DNA of 64,000 nucleotides from a virus (lineage: Duplodnaviria > Heunggongvirae > Uroviricota > Caudoviricetes): the IMG/VR virus record IMGVR_UViG_3300043418_000226; one strand, given 5' to 3'. A program made the translations under genes and the position numbers. The notes beneath the pieces are model-generated. The model was not told the origin of the DNA and ran no database searches. It worked only from the letters and a program-made list of their open reading frames with translations. Positions 36,883-44,372 of this stretch are shown here, piece by piece (positions within the stretch are counted from its first letter, which is position 1; every line of letters begins with the position of its first letter).

Positions 36883-37413
36883 TCACCATTTCTTATTTTT
36901 AATAAAATTATTTCTATATTCATCTATCGCACCGATTACTTCATTTTCATATCTTGAATGAACATATTGGTGGTGTGTTGGGCATAACGGTATTAAATTT
37001 TTTGGCTCGTTATTATTATGATTTTTATCATAATGATGAACGGTAACTATTTTATTTTCACCGCAAATGACACATTCTTTGTTATGATAGTTGAAACAAG
37101 TGCTTCTATAACTGTCATCTTTCCAATTGGGATTTGCCGTCCCACTTCTAAAATAAGTGTTAGAACAAGAATATGAACAAGTTGTTTTTTCTTCTTTATT
37201 ACCTACTTTTGTTTCAAATTGATTACCACAAATAGGACATTTTTTTAATACTTTCTCATATTTTGATGGTTTTGATTTAAGATGGTCAATGTTTATTTTA
37301 TTTTCAATTACGAAGTTTTTAAATTTTAATTGGGTTCTACCATTATAATACCCGTATATTTTTTTAATTGCTTCTGACTTTGTTTTTGATGTTTTTATTA
37401 TTTCTCTTTCCAT
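36883..37413 (-). CDS. HNH homing endonuclease
   Basis: Cys-rich zinc-finger region and HHYDKNHNNNEPKNLIPLCPTHHQYVH HNH motif. Confidence 0.75.
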   Translation of the reverse strand: MEREIIKTSKTKSEAIKKIYGYYNGRTQLKFKNFVIENKINIDHLKSKPSKYEKVLKKCPICGNQFETKVGNKEEKTTCSYSCSNTYFRSGTANPNWKDDSYRSTCFNYHNKECVICGENKIVTVHHYDKNHNNNEPKNLIPLCPTHHQYVHSRYENEVIGAIDEYRNNFIKNKKW

Positions 37414-37476
37414 AATAATAAATACATTAAAATGTCGTAAAAGTAAAGTTTGACCAAAACTTTTATTTACGATTTG

Positions 37477-37548
37477 TCAGGGTAGTAAGAGTTGAACTTA
37501 CCGCTTCCTGCGTCCAAGGCAGGCTTCTCACCCCGAGAATATACCCTG
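37477..37548 (-). tRNA. tRNA-Pro(TGG): tRNA-Pro (UGG)
   Basis: acceptor CAGGGTA/TACCCTG, stem CCTGC/GCAGG, loop CT-TGG-AC. Confidence 0.8.
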
Positions 37549-37556
37549 TTTTTATG

Positions 37557-37630
37557 TGATCCCATCAGGAGTCGAACCTGAAACCTACACATTAGAAGTG
37601 TGTTGCTCTATCCAATTGAGCTATGGAACC
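37557..37630 (-). tRNA. tRNA-Arg(TCT): tRNA-Arg (UCU)
   Basis: D-arm GCTCAATTGGATAGAGC, loop CT-TCT-AA. Confidence 0.8.
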
Positions 37631-37676
37631 AAATACACTTCCTCTTATACGCGAGTATAGTGTGAACTAAGCTTCG

Positions 37677-37761
37677 TACCGGAGGTGGGACTCGAACCCA
37701 CACGAGGATTTCTCCCCAACAGAGTTTAAGCCTGTCATGTCTACCATTCCATCACCCCGGC
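37677..37761 (-). tRNA. tRNA-Leu(TAA): tRNA-Leu (UAA)
   Basis: acceptor GCCGGGG/CTCCGGT, loop CT-TAA-AC, long variable arm. Confidence 0.8.
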
Positions 37762-37821
37762 GATTATTTCCACAATATCAAAGAACTACGATACAAATGT
37801 AATGCAAAAATTCTAATAAAA

Positions 37822-37860
37822 CAAAAAACCCGAACATTTTTTAATTTGTTCGGGTTTGTA
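37822..37860. terminator. bidirectional terminator hairpin
   Basis: AAAAAA-CCCGAACA..TGTTCGGG-TTT. Confidence 0.5.
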
Positions 37861-38046
37861 TAATGATTTAATTAAATTTTAAGTCATAGTATCCGAACAC
37901 AAATTACTAGGTTGCACACCTCTTCCGTTCCCATTATATAACGGGTTTAAACTAAGTGATATGTTATTTATATTCTTCATCTTCCTAATAAGTATATAGA
38001 AATATACAAAAGTTTTATTTAAAAACAAAATATATTTCAATTTTTT

Positions 38047-38253
38047 TTAATATTTTCCTAATCTAAAGTAAGGAATGTACGTTTTTCCTCTCCTTGTTTT
38101 TTGTTTAAGGCTTGGATATTTTTGAAAATAGTATTTCTTTGGTTGATTTTGGTGAATCCACAATCTTCGTTCGTATATTGTTAATATTGTCGGCACCACC
38201 AAACAACTACTCATTAACACCATAACAATTAATAATGCAATTAATTTTTTCAT
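38047..38253 (-). CDS. small putative membrane or lipoprotein
   Basis: 68-aa ORF with hydrophobic N-terminus and SSC motif. Confidence 0.35.
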   Translation of the reverse strand: MKKLIALLIVMVLMSSCLVVPTILTIYERRLWIHQNQPKKYYFQKYPSLKQKTRRGKTYIPYFRLGKY

Positions 38254-38268
38254 TTTACAAAACGTTAG

Positions 38269-38340
38269 TAGCCCTGCCGGGAGTCGAACCCGACTTTCCA
38301 GGATGAAAACCTGGCGACCTAACCGATAGTCGACAGGGCC
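38269..38340 (-). tRNA. tRNA-Glu(TTC): tRNA-Glu (UUC)
   Basis: acceptor GGCCCTG/CAGGGCT, stem CCAGG/CCTGG, loop TT-TTC-AT. Confidence 0.75.
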
Positions 38341-38544
38341 AATTCGGGACCAGATTAGGTATCTCTTTATGTCCCTACTTTTTCAATCGTTTGAGTTTCA
38401 TATTAACGTCCGGAAACTCCTTCGGTAAGGAACAGGACTGGATAGTTTTAACCGTCAACTCCAGAAGGGAATGATTTACATTACTTTAAGTTTTACGTCT
38501 ATAAAGTTAACTCACAAACGGGAGCAATATAAAAAGACGACCTG

Positions 38545-38631
38545 TAATCAGAACAGGATTCGAACCTGTGTGTGGTGAACCGTGTAATTACTTACACGTC
38601 TTACCATGCGTTTCCACTCCGCCATCCAATT
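38545..38631 (-). tRNA. class-II-like tRNA (87 nt), anticodon unresolved
   Basis: acceptor AATTGGA/TCTGATT, D-arm GCG-GAGTGGAAA-CGC, T-arm ACAGGTTCGAATCCTGT, central hairpin CGTGT-AAGTAATT-ACACG with an 8-nt loop. Confidence 0.4.
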
Positions 38632-38906
38632 AAATAAGCCCGTCTTTCCGAGCTGTCATCGTTTCGTAAATTTTCCTCATAGGTAAACATCTAACGACAA
38701 TATGTTAATTGTCTCCTCATTTTTTGGTACCTACAGTGATTTCTCACTCAAAAAACTTAAAGGTCAACATAAAATGTTTAAATCTAAATTCCGAACCACT
38801 TAGTTTGTTCCTGTAAAAATTAACTTAACACAATTAAATGTGCTGTTCCGTAATTGTCACAAAGAGTAATTTAGATACTAAATCACCCTAAATGTCGTCG
38901 AATTGC

Positions 38907-38991
38907 GGAGGATGTAGGATTCGAACCTACGGTACCTTGCAGTACAACAGTTTTCAAGACTGCCGCGATCGACCACTCTGCCAATCCTCCA
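38907..38991 (-). tRNA. tRNA-Ser(TGA): tRNA-Ser (UGA)
   Basis: acceptor GGAGGAT/ATCCTCC, loop CT-TGA-AA, long variable arm. Confidence 0.8.
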
Positions 38992-39199
38992 ATTGTCCCC
39001 GATGAGATTATTTCGAGGTAGATATCCACAGTTTTTCGTCTTGAAAAACCCAACGCGTCTTACCGCTTAAAAAGTCAAACATACTCGGTGGTTTTGTTAC
39101 GACCATATTTCCGAGACCCCCTCTATAAAATCGTGGAAGGACACAACTACATCATTATTTCGAACGATGCTAAATCATTGAGTATCTCTAACTCATTTG

Positions 39200-39272
39200 C
39201 GGGACTGACGGGAGTTGAACCCGCTCCGTGCGCCGTGACAGGGCGACATCTTAACCGTTTGACCTCAATCCC
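39200..39272 (-). tRNA. tRNA-Asp(GTC): tRNA-Asp (GUC)
   Basis: 73 nt; acceptor GGGATTG/CAGTCCC, loop CT-GTC-AC. Confidence 0.75.
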
Positions 39273-39374
39273 ATTAAAAAAAGAATCTCGACCACCATTT
39301 CAGTATTTCTACGTGCTTTCAACTTGATATGAACGTTACAACAAGTTGGTGGAGTCAGCCTCTACTAAGATTCT

Positions 39375-39415
39375 TTTTACAAAGATAATAATTTATTTTT
39401 AATAAACAAAATTAT
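39375..39415 (-). promoter_or_regulatory. Bacteroidetes-type promoter module
   Basis: CTTTTTACAAAGATAATAATTTATTTTTAATAAACAAAATTA; reverse complement gives TTTG, a 19-nt spacer, then TATCTTTG. Confidence 0.65.
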
Positions 39416-39427
39416 TTCACTTTATTT

Positions 39428-39522
39428 GTTGATTAAGACCAGATTCGAACCGTCAACCTGTTTCCCCTTTCTACGTTAATACCATATACTCCGTTCTACT
39501 GTGCCCTCTACACTATAATCAA
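39428..39522 (-). other. tRNA-like element (95 nt) with perfect 7-bp acceptor pairing
   Basis: TTGATTA/TAATCAA termini, D-stem GTG/CAC, T-loop TTCGAAT; the anticodon region does not fold canonically. Confidence 0.35.
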
Positions 39523-39571
39523 TCGGAAGTTTCGAACCTTCCATACATAAGGTAATTAATCTTATGTTTTG

Positions 39572-39644
39572 AGCCTCCTATCGGGCTCGAACCAATGACA
39601 TCAACATTACAAATGTTGCGCTCTACCAACTGAGCTAAGGAGGC
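39572..39644 (-). tRNA. tRNA-Thr(TGT): tRNA-Thr (UGU)
   Basis: acceptor GCCTCCT/AGGAGGC, stem CAACA/TGTTG, loop TT-TGT-AA. Confidence 0.8.
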
Positions 39645-39797
39645 GGTTAAAGATAATGTTGGAGTACCATCTCGCTCCAATCTTAAGTGCTTCTTCAGTT
39701 TTACATGGCCACGGCACATTCCTTTTCAGGCGGTGATAATTCACGATTCCATTCTAGATTGTCGACATCCGTTGAATGGGTGAACCCATTATCTTAG

Positions 39798-39869
39798 TTG
39801 CGGGGGCCGGATTCGAACCGACGACCTAAAGGTTATGAGCCTTCCGAGCTACCACTGCTCTACCCCGCT
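39798..39869 (-). tRNA. tRNA-Met(CAT): tRNA-Met (CAU), possible initiator (1:72 mismatch)
   Basis: D-arm GAGC-AGTGGTA-GCTC, loop CT-CAT-AA, A1/A72 unpaired. Confidence 0.7.
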
Positions 39870-39943
39870 ATATATTTTTATGAACGTTACAATTTGAGAT
39901 GGGGTCCCGACGGTTTTACAGATATTCCAACCTTCTCTAATTG

Positions 39944-39985
39944 TTTTACAAAGATATAAATTATTTTTTAATAAACAAAAAAAAT
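39944..39985 (-). promoter_or_regulatory. Bacteroidetes-type promoter module
   Basis: GTTTTACAAAGATATAAATTATTTTTTAATAAACAAAAAAAA. Confidence 0.65.
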
Positions 39986-40016
39986 ATGAAAAATAATTTT
40001 AAAATCTTTTTTTTAG

Positions 40017-40091
40017 TTGCGAGATCGGGACTTGAACCCGAAACCTCGGCTTATGAGACCGATGAGATAACCATTTTCTACGCATCTCGCA
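40017..40091 (-). tRNA. tRNA-Met(CAT): tRNA with anticodon CAU (third CAU tRNA; Met or Ile2)
   Basis: acceptor TGCGAGA/TCTCGCA, stem TCGGT/GCCGA, loop CT-CAT-AA; D-arm irregular. Confidence 0.6.
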
Positions 40092-40098
40092 ATTTGTG

Positions 40099-40172
40099 TG
40101 TGAAAGGTGGGACTCGAACCCACAATCGCCTGAACCACAATCAGGTGCTTTACCATTTCAGCTACAATCACC
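40099..40172 (-). tRNA. tRNA-His(GTG): tRNA-His (GUG)
   Basis: extra 5' G(-1), stem CCTGA/TCAGG, loop TT-GTG-GT. Confidence 0.7.
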
Positions 40173-40179
40173 ATGTATA

Positions 40180-40374
40180 TTATAAAGAATCTATGATATC
40201 CTTAAACCTACCATTTCTATAATCTTCTTGCATTTGTTTAATTCTCTCATCTCTTTTCTCTATACTTTTTTTAATCATTTCAATTTTTTCAGGACTCGGG
40301 TTGGAATCAATTGTGTAAACCACTCCCATTCTGTCCAATTCTTTTATTAATTCTTTTGTTTCGAGTTTTTTCAT
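40180..40374 (-). CDS. hypothetical small protein
   Basis: 64-aa ORF between tRNAs. Confidence 0.4.
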   Translation of the reverse strand: MKKLETKELIKELDRMGVVYTIDSNPSPEKIEMIKKSIEKRDERIKQMQEDYRNGRFKDIIDSL

Positions 40375-40389
40375 AACATTTATTTTTAG

Positions 40390-40459
40390 AGGTTAAGATT
40401 GGAATCGAACCAACTCCGTGAGATTTGCAGTCACACCGGCCTCCACGACCAACTTAACC
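40390..40459 (-). tRNA. tRNA-Cys(GCA): tRNA-Cys (GCA)
   Basis: acceptor GGTTAAG/CTTAACC, loop CT-GCA-AA, U73 discriminator. Confidence 0.7.
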
Positions 40460-40507
40460 ATTTTTTCGTACGAAAAAGTGCGTTTGATTACACTTTTCCT
40501 GACGTAG

Positions 40508-40579
40508 AGGTCCCATAAGGATTCGAACCTTAACTTTAACATTCGTAGTGTTAGGTGCTATCCGTTACACCATAAGACC
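40508..40579 (-). tRNA. tRNA-Arg(ACG): tRNA-Arg (ACG)
   Basis: stem TAACA/TGTTA, loop CT-ACG-AA, T-arm TAAGGTTCGAATCCTTA. Confidence 0.75.
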
Positions 40580-40607
40580 CTTTACTGTTTACCGTTTACA
40601 GTAAACA

Positions 40608-41069
40608 TTATTTACCCAACGAATCTTTATTTGAAATCGTTATTGGATTTAAACCAACAAAGTCTTTGATAATTTTTCTAACTTCGTTATTACTTGTCCA
40701 AACAATACTGTGTTCAGATTCGGGATTATATTCACCTTCAACCATATAAACCACTATAGTATTTGGTTCTAAAGTTAGGAATCCATGTGCTTTATCATTT
40801 TTAATTAACACTGCATTAGAATCGTCAATAACTTCAAATTCAGTTTCTCCGGTTTCAATATTGACAGCAAAATCGACAATCTTACCCTGAACGACTTTAA
40901 TGTATTTTGTTTGTGGTGGGTTCGTTTGATAATGTAACCCCCTAAAGGTGTATTCTTTATCATTAATACTAACTGAACATTGATCCCACTTCATACCTAA
41001 TTCGGTCGTTGATAATGGGGTGTACGACCCTCGGCTATCCTTAAACGTTTTATGTTCTATTTTTTCCAT
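40608..41069 (-). CDS. dTDP-4-dehydrorhamnose 3,5-epimerase (RmlC)-like cupin
   Basis: FRGLHYQTNPPQTKYIKVVQGKIVDFAVNI and NDKAHGFLTLEPNTIVVY align with the RmlC signature. Confidence 0.7.
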   Translation of the reverse strand: MEKIEHKTFKDSRGSYTPLSTTELGMKWDQCSVSINDKEYTFRGLHYQTNPPQTKYIKVVQGKIVDFAVNIETGETEFEVIDDSNAVLIKNDKAHGFLTLEPNTIVVYMVEGEYNPESEHSIVWTSNNEVRKIIKDFVGLNPITISNKDSLGK

Positions 41070-41275
41070 TGTGTTTTTCTATTATGTTTCCAAGTTCGAT
41101 ACATTCTCATTTGAAAACTCATTATACATTTATTTGGGTTCTTATACCCTCTACGATATCTTGGATAGAAATTATATCCTTCATCCCAATATGGGTCGAA
41201 TTTATCGTTTGTTACTATTTTATACTCTTTGTTGTGAGTTGTCGTTTGACTTACTTTGTTTTTGAACGGTTTCAT
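41057..41275 (-). CDS. hypothetical small protein
   Basis: 72-aa ORF. Confidence 0.35.
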   Translation of the reverse strand: MKPFKNKVSQTTTHNKEYKIVTNDKFDPYWDEGYNFYPRYRRGYKNPNKCIMSFQMRMYRTWKHNRKTQWKK

Positions 41276-41334
41276 ATATTAGGGATTTAACCTAATGCAT
41301 GTCGAATTGTATTTTCATAGTTTTTATTTATTTG

Positions 41335-41403
41335 CACAAATTGAAAGAATCGAACTTTCTCCTATGGTTTTGGAGACCATTTGGCTACCTTAGCCCAACT
41401 TGT
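41335..41403 (-). tRNA. tRNA-Trp(CCA): tRNA-Trp (CCA)
   Basis: acceptor ACAAGTT/AATTTGT, stem ATGGT/ACCAT, loop CT-CCA-AA. Confidence 0.75.
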
Positions 41404-41408
41404 ATTGG

Positions 41409-41480
41409 TACTGCGACGGGGAATCGAACCCCGGCCTCATCATGGAAAGTGATACGTGTTAACCTCTTCACTACCGCAGC
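41409..41480 (-). tRNA. tRNA-Glu(TTC): tRNA with anticodon UUC (Glu-like, atypical C37)
   Basis: acceptor GCTGCGG/TCGCAGT, loop CT-TTC-CA, T-arm CGGGGTTCGATTCCCCG. Confidence 0.55.
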
Positions 41481-41486
41481 ATATTG

Positions 41487-41561
41487 TGACCCCGAATGGA
41501 TTCGAACCATTGACTCCATCATTAAAAGTGATGTGCTCTAAACCAACTGAGCTACGAGGTC
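41487..41561 (-). tRNA. tRNA-Lys(TTT): tRNA-Lys (UUU)
   Basis: acceptor GACCTCG/CGGGGTC, loop CT-TTT-AA. Confidence 0.8.
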
Positions 41562-41565
41562 ATTG

Positions 41566-41638
41566 TGGGCCCTACAGGAATCGAACCTGTTCCTCTAGTT
41601 CTTCAGACTAGCGTACGCACCAGCTATACCAAAGGCCC
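41566..41638 (-). tRNA. tRNA-Phe(GAA): tRNA-Phe (GAA)
   Basis: acceptor GGGCCTT/AGGGCCC, stem CTAGT/ACTAG, loop CT-GAA-GA. Confidence 0.8.
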
Positions 41639-41645
41639 ATTATTG

Positions 41646-41717
41646 TGTTTACGGCTGGATTCGAACCAACGACAGCTGACGTATCAGGTCAGAACTCTAC
41701 CACTGAGTTACGTAAAC
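41646..41717 (-). tRNA. tRNA-Ile(GAT): tRNA-Ile (GAU)
   Basis: acceptor GTTTACG/CGTAAAC, stem CTGAC/GTCAG, loop CT-GAT-AC. Confidence 0.8.
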
Positions 41718-41751
41718 AATTTATTCACCAAAATTTCAAAGAACCATTTTG

Positions 41752-41824
41752 TGGACCGTCCCGGCCTCGAACCGGGGACTCGACAGTGCAAGTGTCGTGT
41801 GTTAACCATCTATACCAACAGCCC
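41752..41824 (-). tRNA. tRNA-Ala(TGC): tRNA-Ala (UGC)
   Basis: stem CGACA/TGTCG, loop CT-TGC-AC, T-arm CCCGGTTCGAGGCCGGG. Confidence 0.8.
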
Positions 41825-41827
41825 AAA

Positions 41828-41866
41828 ACAAAAAACCCTGAGATTTTGAAGTCTCAGGGTTTTAAT
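41828..41866 (-). terminator. strong intrinsic terminator hairpin immediately upstream of the tRNA array
   Basis: CCCTGAGA-TTTTGAAG-TCTCAGGG flanked by A7 on the + strand, giving a T-run on the minus strand. Confidence 0.55.
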
Positions 41867-42067
41867 ATTATTAGTTAAATTACTTGTTAACTTAATTCAT
41901 CAATTCCGAGACTATTGGACATAATACGCTCATCCGCCCATTTTGAACAGATTGTAAACGACATTGTATGTGTAAATTGTTTCATCGAAATTTAATTTTA
42001 TATTTTGTTTTTCTTTTAACCGAAAAAAAACATCTGTTAGTGTGTTATCACCACTTCAATCTTAATT

Positions 42068-42110
42068 CTTGTACAAAGATAACAATAAGTATTGTAATAA
42101 ACAAGAAAAA
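42068..42110 (-). promoter_or_regulatory. Bacteroidetes-type promoter module
   Basis: CTTGTACAAAGATAACAATAAGTATTGTAATAAACAAG. Confidence 0.55.
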
Positions 42111-42169
42111 AACAAAAAAAATAAAAAAAAATTTTATAAACTAGTTCTTACGAACTGATATTTATCATT

Positions 42170-42706
42170 ATGACAAAGAAAAAATTAGGTATCTCTCCCC
42201 TATTTTTTTTGTATATTGTTATGGTTTGTTCGTTAGCGTCTCTCTCGTTTATGACTATGGAACCTGAAACTGTATACATATCCGGGGTTGAGAATAAAAT
42301 CAAAATCGGTAAATTAACTAACAACAGAAACTTATCTTTTGGGGTTAAAAACATTTTCCAAGAAATTTTAGAAGAACAGGAATATTCAATTACGGACGAC
42401 CCTCAAAGAGCCGACCTAATTTTTAATGCTGAAATTTTATATTTTGACGTGAATAGAACCAAAAGAAATGTATCGGTTTTCCATTCTGATGTGGAAGAGA
42501 CTTTAGTAATCATGAGAGGTGTACTATCCGATAAAAACGGTAAAAAAATTAGAGAAGGGGTTGCTCAAGAATCGAGTTCTGAAATTTCCACATCAACTTT
42601 AATTACCGATGAAGGTAGTGATAAGGTAAATCAACAAGCATTATCATCTGCAATTAAAAAAACAAGTGAATCGCTGATAAATAAAATATTTTTAAAGAAA
42701 AAGTAA
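42170..42706 (+). CDS. hypothetical lipoprotein or secreted protein
   Basis: 178-aa ORF with hydrophobic N-terminus containing a Cys. Confidence 0.5.
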   Translation: MTKKKLGISPLFFLYIVMVCSLASLSFMTMEPETVYISGVENKIKIGKLTNNRNLSFGVKNIFQEILEEQEYSITDDPQRADLIFNAEILYFDVNRTKRNVSVFHSDVEETLVIMRGVLSDKNGKKIREGVAQESSSEISTSTLITDEGSDKVNQQALSSAIKKTSESLINKIFLKKK

Positions 42707-42707
42707 A

Positions 42708-44372
42708 ATGAAAAAATTAATAACGTTTTTAACTCTATTGTTCATATCATCAACATCTTTTGCTCAATTAAACATTGATCAATCAATTGTTACTCCCCCA
42801 CCATATAAAGTTGGTGATACGATAACAGTAAAATATAACATAATAAAAGGGACCACAAACCCAAGGTATATTTGGTTAAGATATCAGTATGACAATAAAT
42901 CATTAACGTATGTATCAACTACCTTCACACAAGGTAGTTCAGTACAAACATATTACACGGGATGGAATAATTACAATTTTACACCTTCAACCTCAGACGC
43001 TGAAACTAATTTATATTCACAATATCTTTTATCTCCATGGAAATATACTTCAAATCCCGATTGGAATGTTGGTCAATTAACTTTACAGAGAACCGATGCC
43101 GCAATAGACGGAACATTGGCAACTCAAAAATACATTATTAAAGACAGAGGAATTTACAATAACATTCATAAAATAGACATTGCTTATTCAATTAACGACA
43201 ATTCAACATACATATCTCCAATTACGAGGCCATCAACAAATTTATCAATTACTAACGTAACCGGTAATACGTCTCAATTTAAAGTTAAGGTATTATTCCC
43301 AACTGATTATCCTATTACTAACCATAATGTTCAATTGATGTACATTAAATCCGATGGTAGTGGTGATATCGATTGGACTAAACAACCAATTGCGGTATTG
43401 TCATTGGATGCTAGCGGGGAAGCAACGTTTACTTCTGGTGTTAAAGTTGGAGATACCGTTGGTGTTTTTATTTCACCAACAACACAAAAGTCATTTATGA
43501 ATAACATCGTTACAGTATCAGACGCATATAGAGCGTTTTTAGGTTACGCACAAACAGATATTAGTGGGGCTTCGACATTCTTTACGTATCCAAATTTAGA
43601 AAAGAAGATTGGTTTAGTGTCTAAATCAAGTAACACATTTAGTGAATCCGATTCATATTATATGTTCTCATATATAATGGGAATTAATGTGTCAGATAAG
43701 GCTTCAATTCCCACATCGGCGGCACCTGTTAATCAAATGTATAATTTTAGATGGTATAGTGGTTTATTAAATCAAAGTTGGTTAGATGGGGTAATTAAAA
43801 ACAGTGTTATGGTTACCGCACCTAATCAAGTGGTTACTGCGGTATTCTCTTGGGGAGGTGATTTAGATTGGTCACATTCATCTTCACCTTCAGCAATTGC
43901 GTCAAGTATATCCAACGGTATCTACACTAATAGTTCAAAAATTACATCGGAAATATCGACAAAAACAATGTCAATCGGTTCTTTATCTTATAATAAAACA
44001 GTAAATGAAACGGCTACATTAAGTGTATTATCAAAAATTGAGAATGATAAAATTGTACTTTATGGTAAATTAACTAAAGAAAATTTAGCCGGCTTACAAG
44101 TTGTCATGGATTATGACCAATCTAAATTAAGTTTAGATAATGTGATATTCGATTCGGGTAATACAATTACTAATTTTTCAACACATGAAGGTAATAGGTT
44201 AACGTTTGGTTCAATTGACCAATTAAAAACTGCAAGAATAAAAGTGGGAACACCTTATAAATTAATTTTTACACCAAAATCACCATTAACCAATACCATG
44301 GGATTGTTTTATTTTGTGATGTCAGATGCAGTTGATGCAAATGGTAACAAAATAGATTTAATCATTGAATAA
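42708..44372 (+). CDS. secreted protein; paralogue of the next gene in its C-terminal region
   Basis: signal peptide MKKLITFLTLLFISSTSFAQ; C-terminus (..TNTMGLFYFVMSDAVDANGNKIDLIIE) parallels the next protein (..TNTLGLISISSTDAVNKSGNQLKLTIK). Confidence 0.7.
   Translation: MKKLITFLTLLFISSTSFAQLNIDQSIVTPPPYKVGDTITVKYNIIKGTTNPRYIWLRYQYDNKSLTYVSTTFTQGSSVQTYYTGWNNYNFTPSTSDAETNLYSQYLLSPWKYTSNPDWNVGQLTLQRTDAAIDGTLATQKYIIKDRGIYNNIHKIDIAYSINDNSTYISPITRPSTNLSITNVTGNTSQFKVKVLFPTDYPITNHNVQLMYIKSDGSGDIDWTKQPIAVLSLDASGEATFTSGVKVGDTVGVFISPTTQKSFMNNIVTVSDAYRAFLGYAQTDISGASTFFTYPNLEKKIGLVSKSSNTFSESDSYYMFSYIMGINVSDKASIPTSAAPVNQMYNFRWYSGLLNQSWLDGVIKNSVMVTAPNQVVTAVFSWGGDLDWSHSSSPSAIASSISNGIYTNSSKITSEISTKTMSIGSLSYNKTVNETATLSVLSKIENDKIVLYGKLTKENLAGLQVVMDYDQSKLSLDNVIFDSGNTITNFSTHEGNRLTFGSIDQLKTARIKVGTPYKLIFTPKSPLTNTMGLFYFVMSDAVDANGNKIDLIIE

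Noticed and set aside
37771-37800. Sixth promoter-like sequence (ATATCAAAGAACTACG)
   Set aside because: Its reverse complement gives TAGTTCTTTG, which does not fit the 8-nt TAnnTTTG box and lacks the extended conserved flank.
39088-40222. ORFs 39088..39327 (+), 39519..39719 (-) and 39941..40222 (+)
   Set aside because: Each overlaps tRNA genes (Asp, Thr, CAU, His) or promoter modules.
41020-41878. ORFs 41020..41265 (+), 41069..41290 (+), 41299..41541 (+), 41565..41849 (+) and 41645..41878 (+)
   Set aside because: Antisense to the minus-strand genes, or run across the Trp..Ala tRNA block.
42148-42354. 68-aa minus ORF
   Set aside because: Antisense at the start of + gene 42170..42706.
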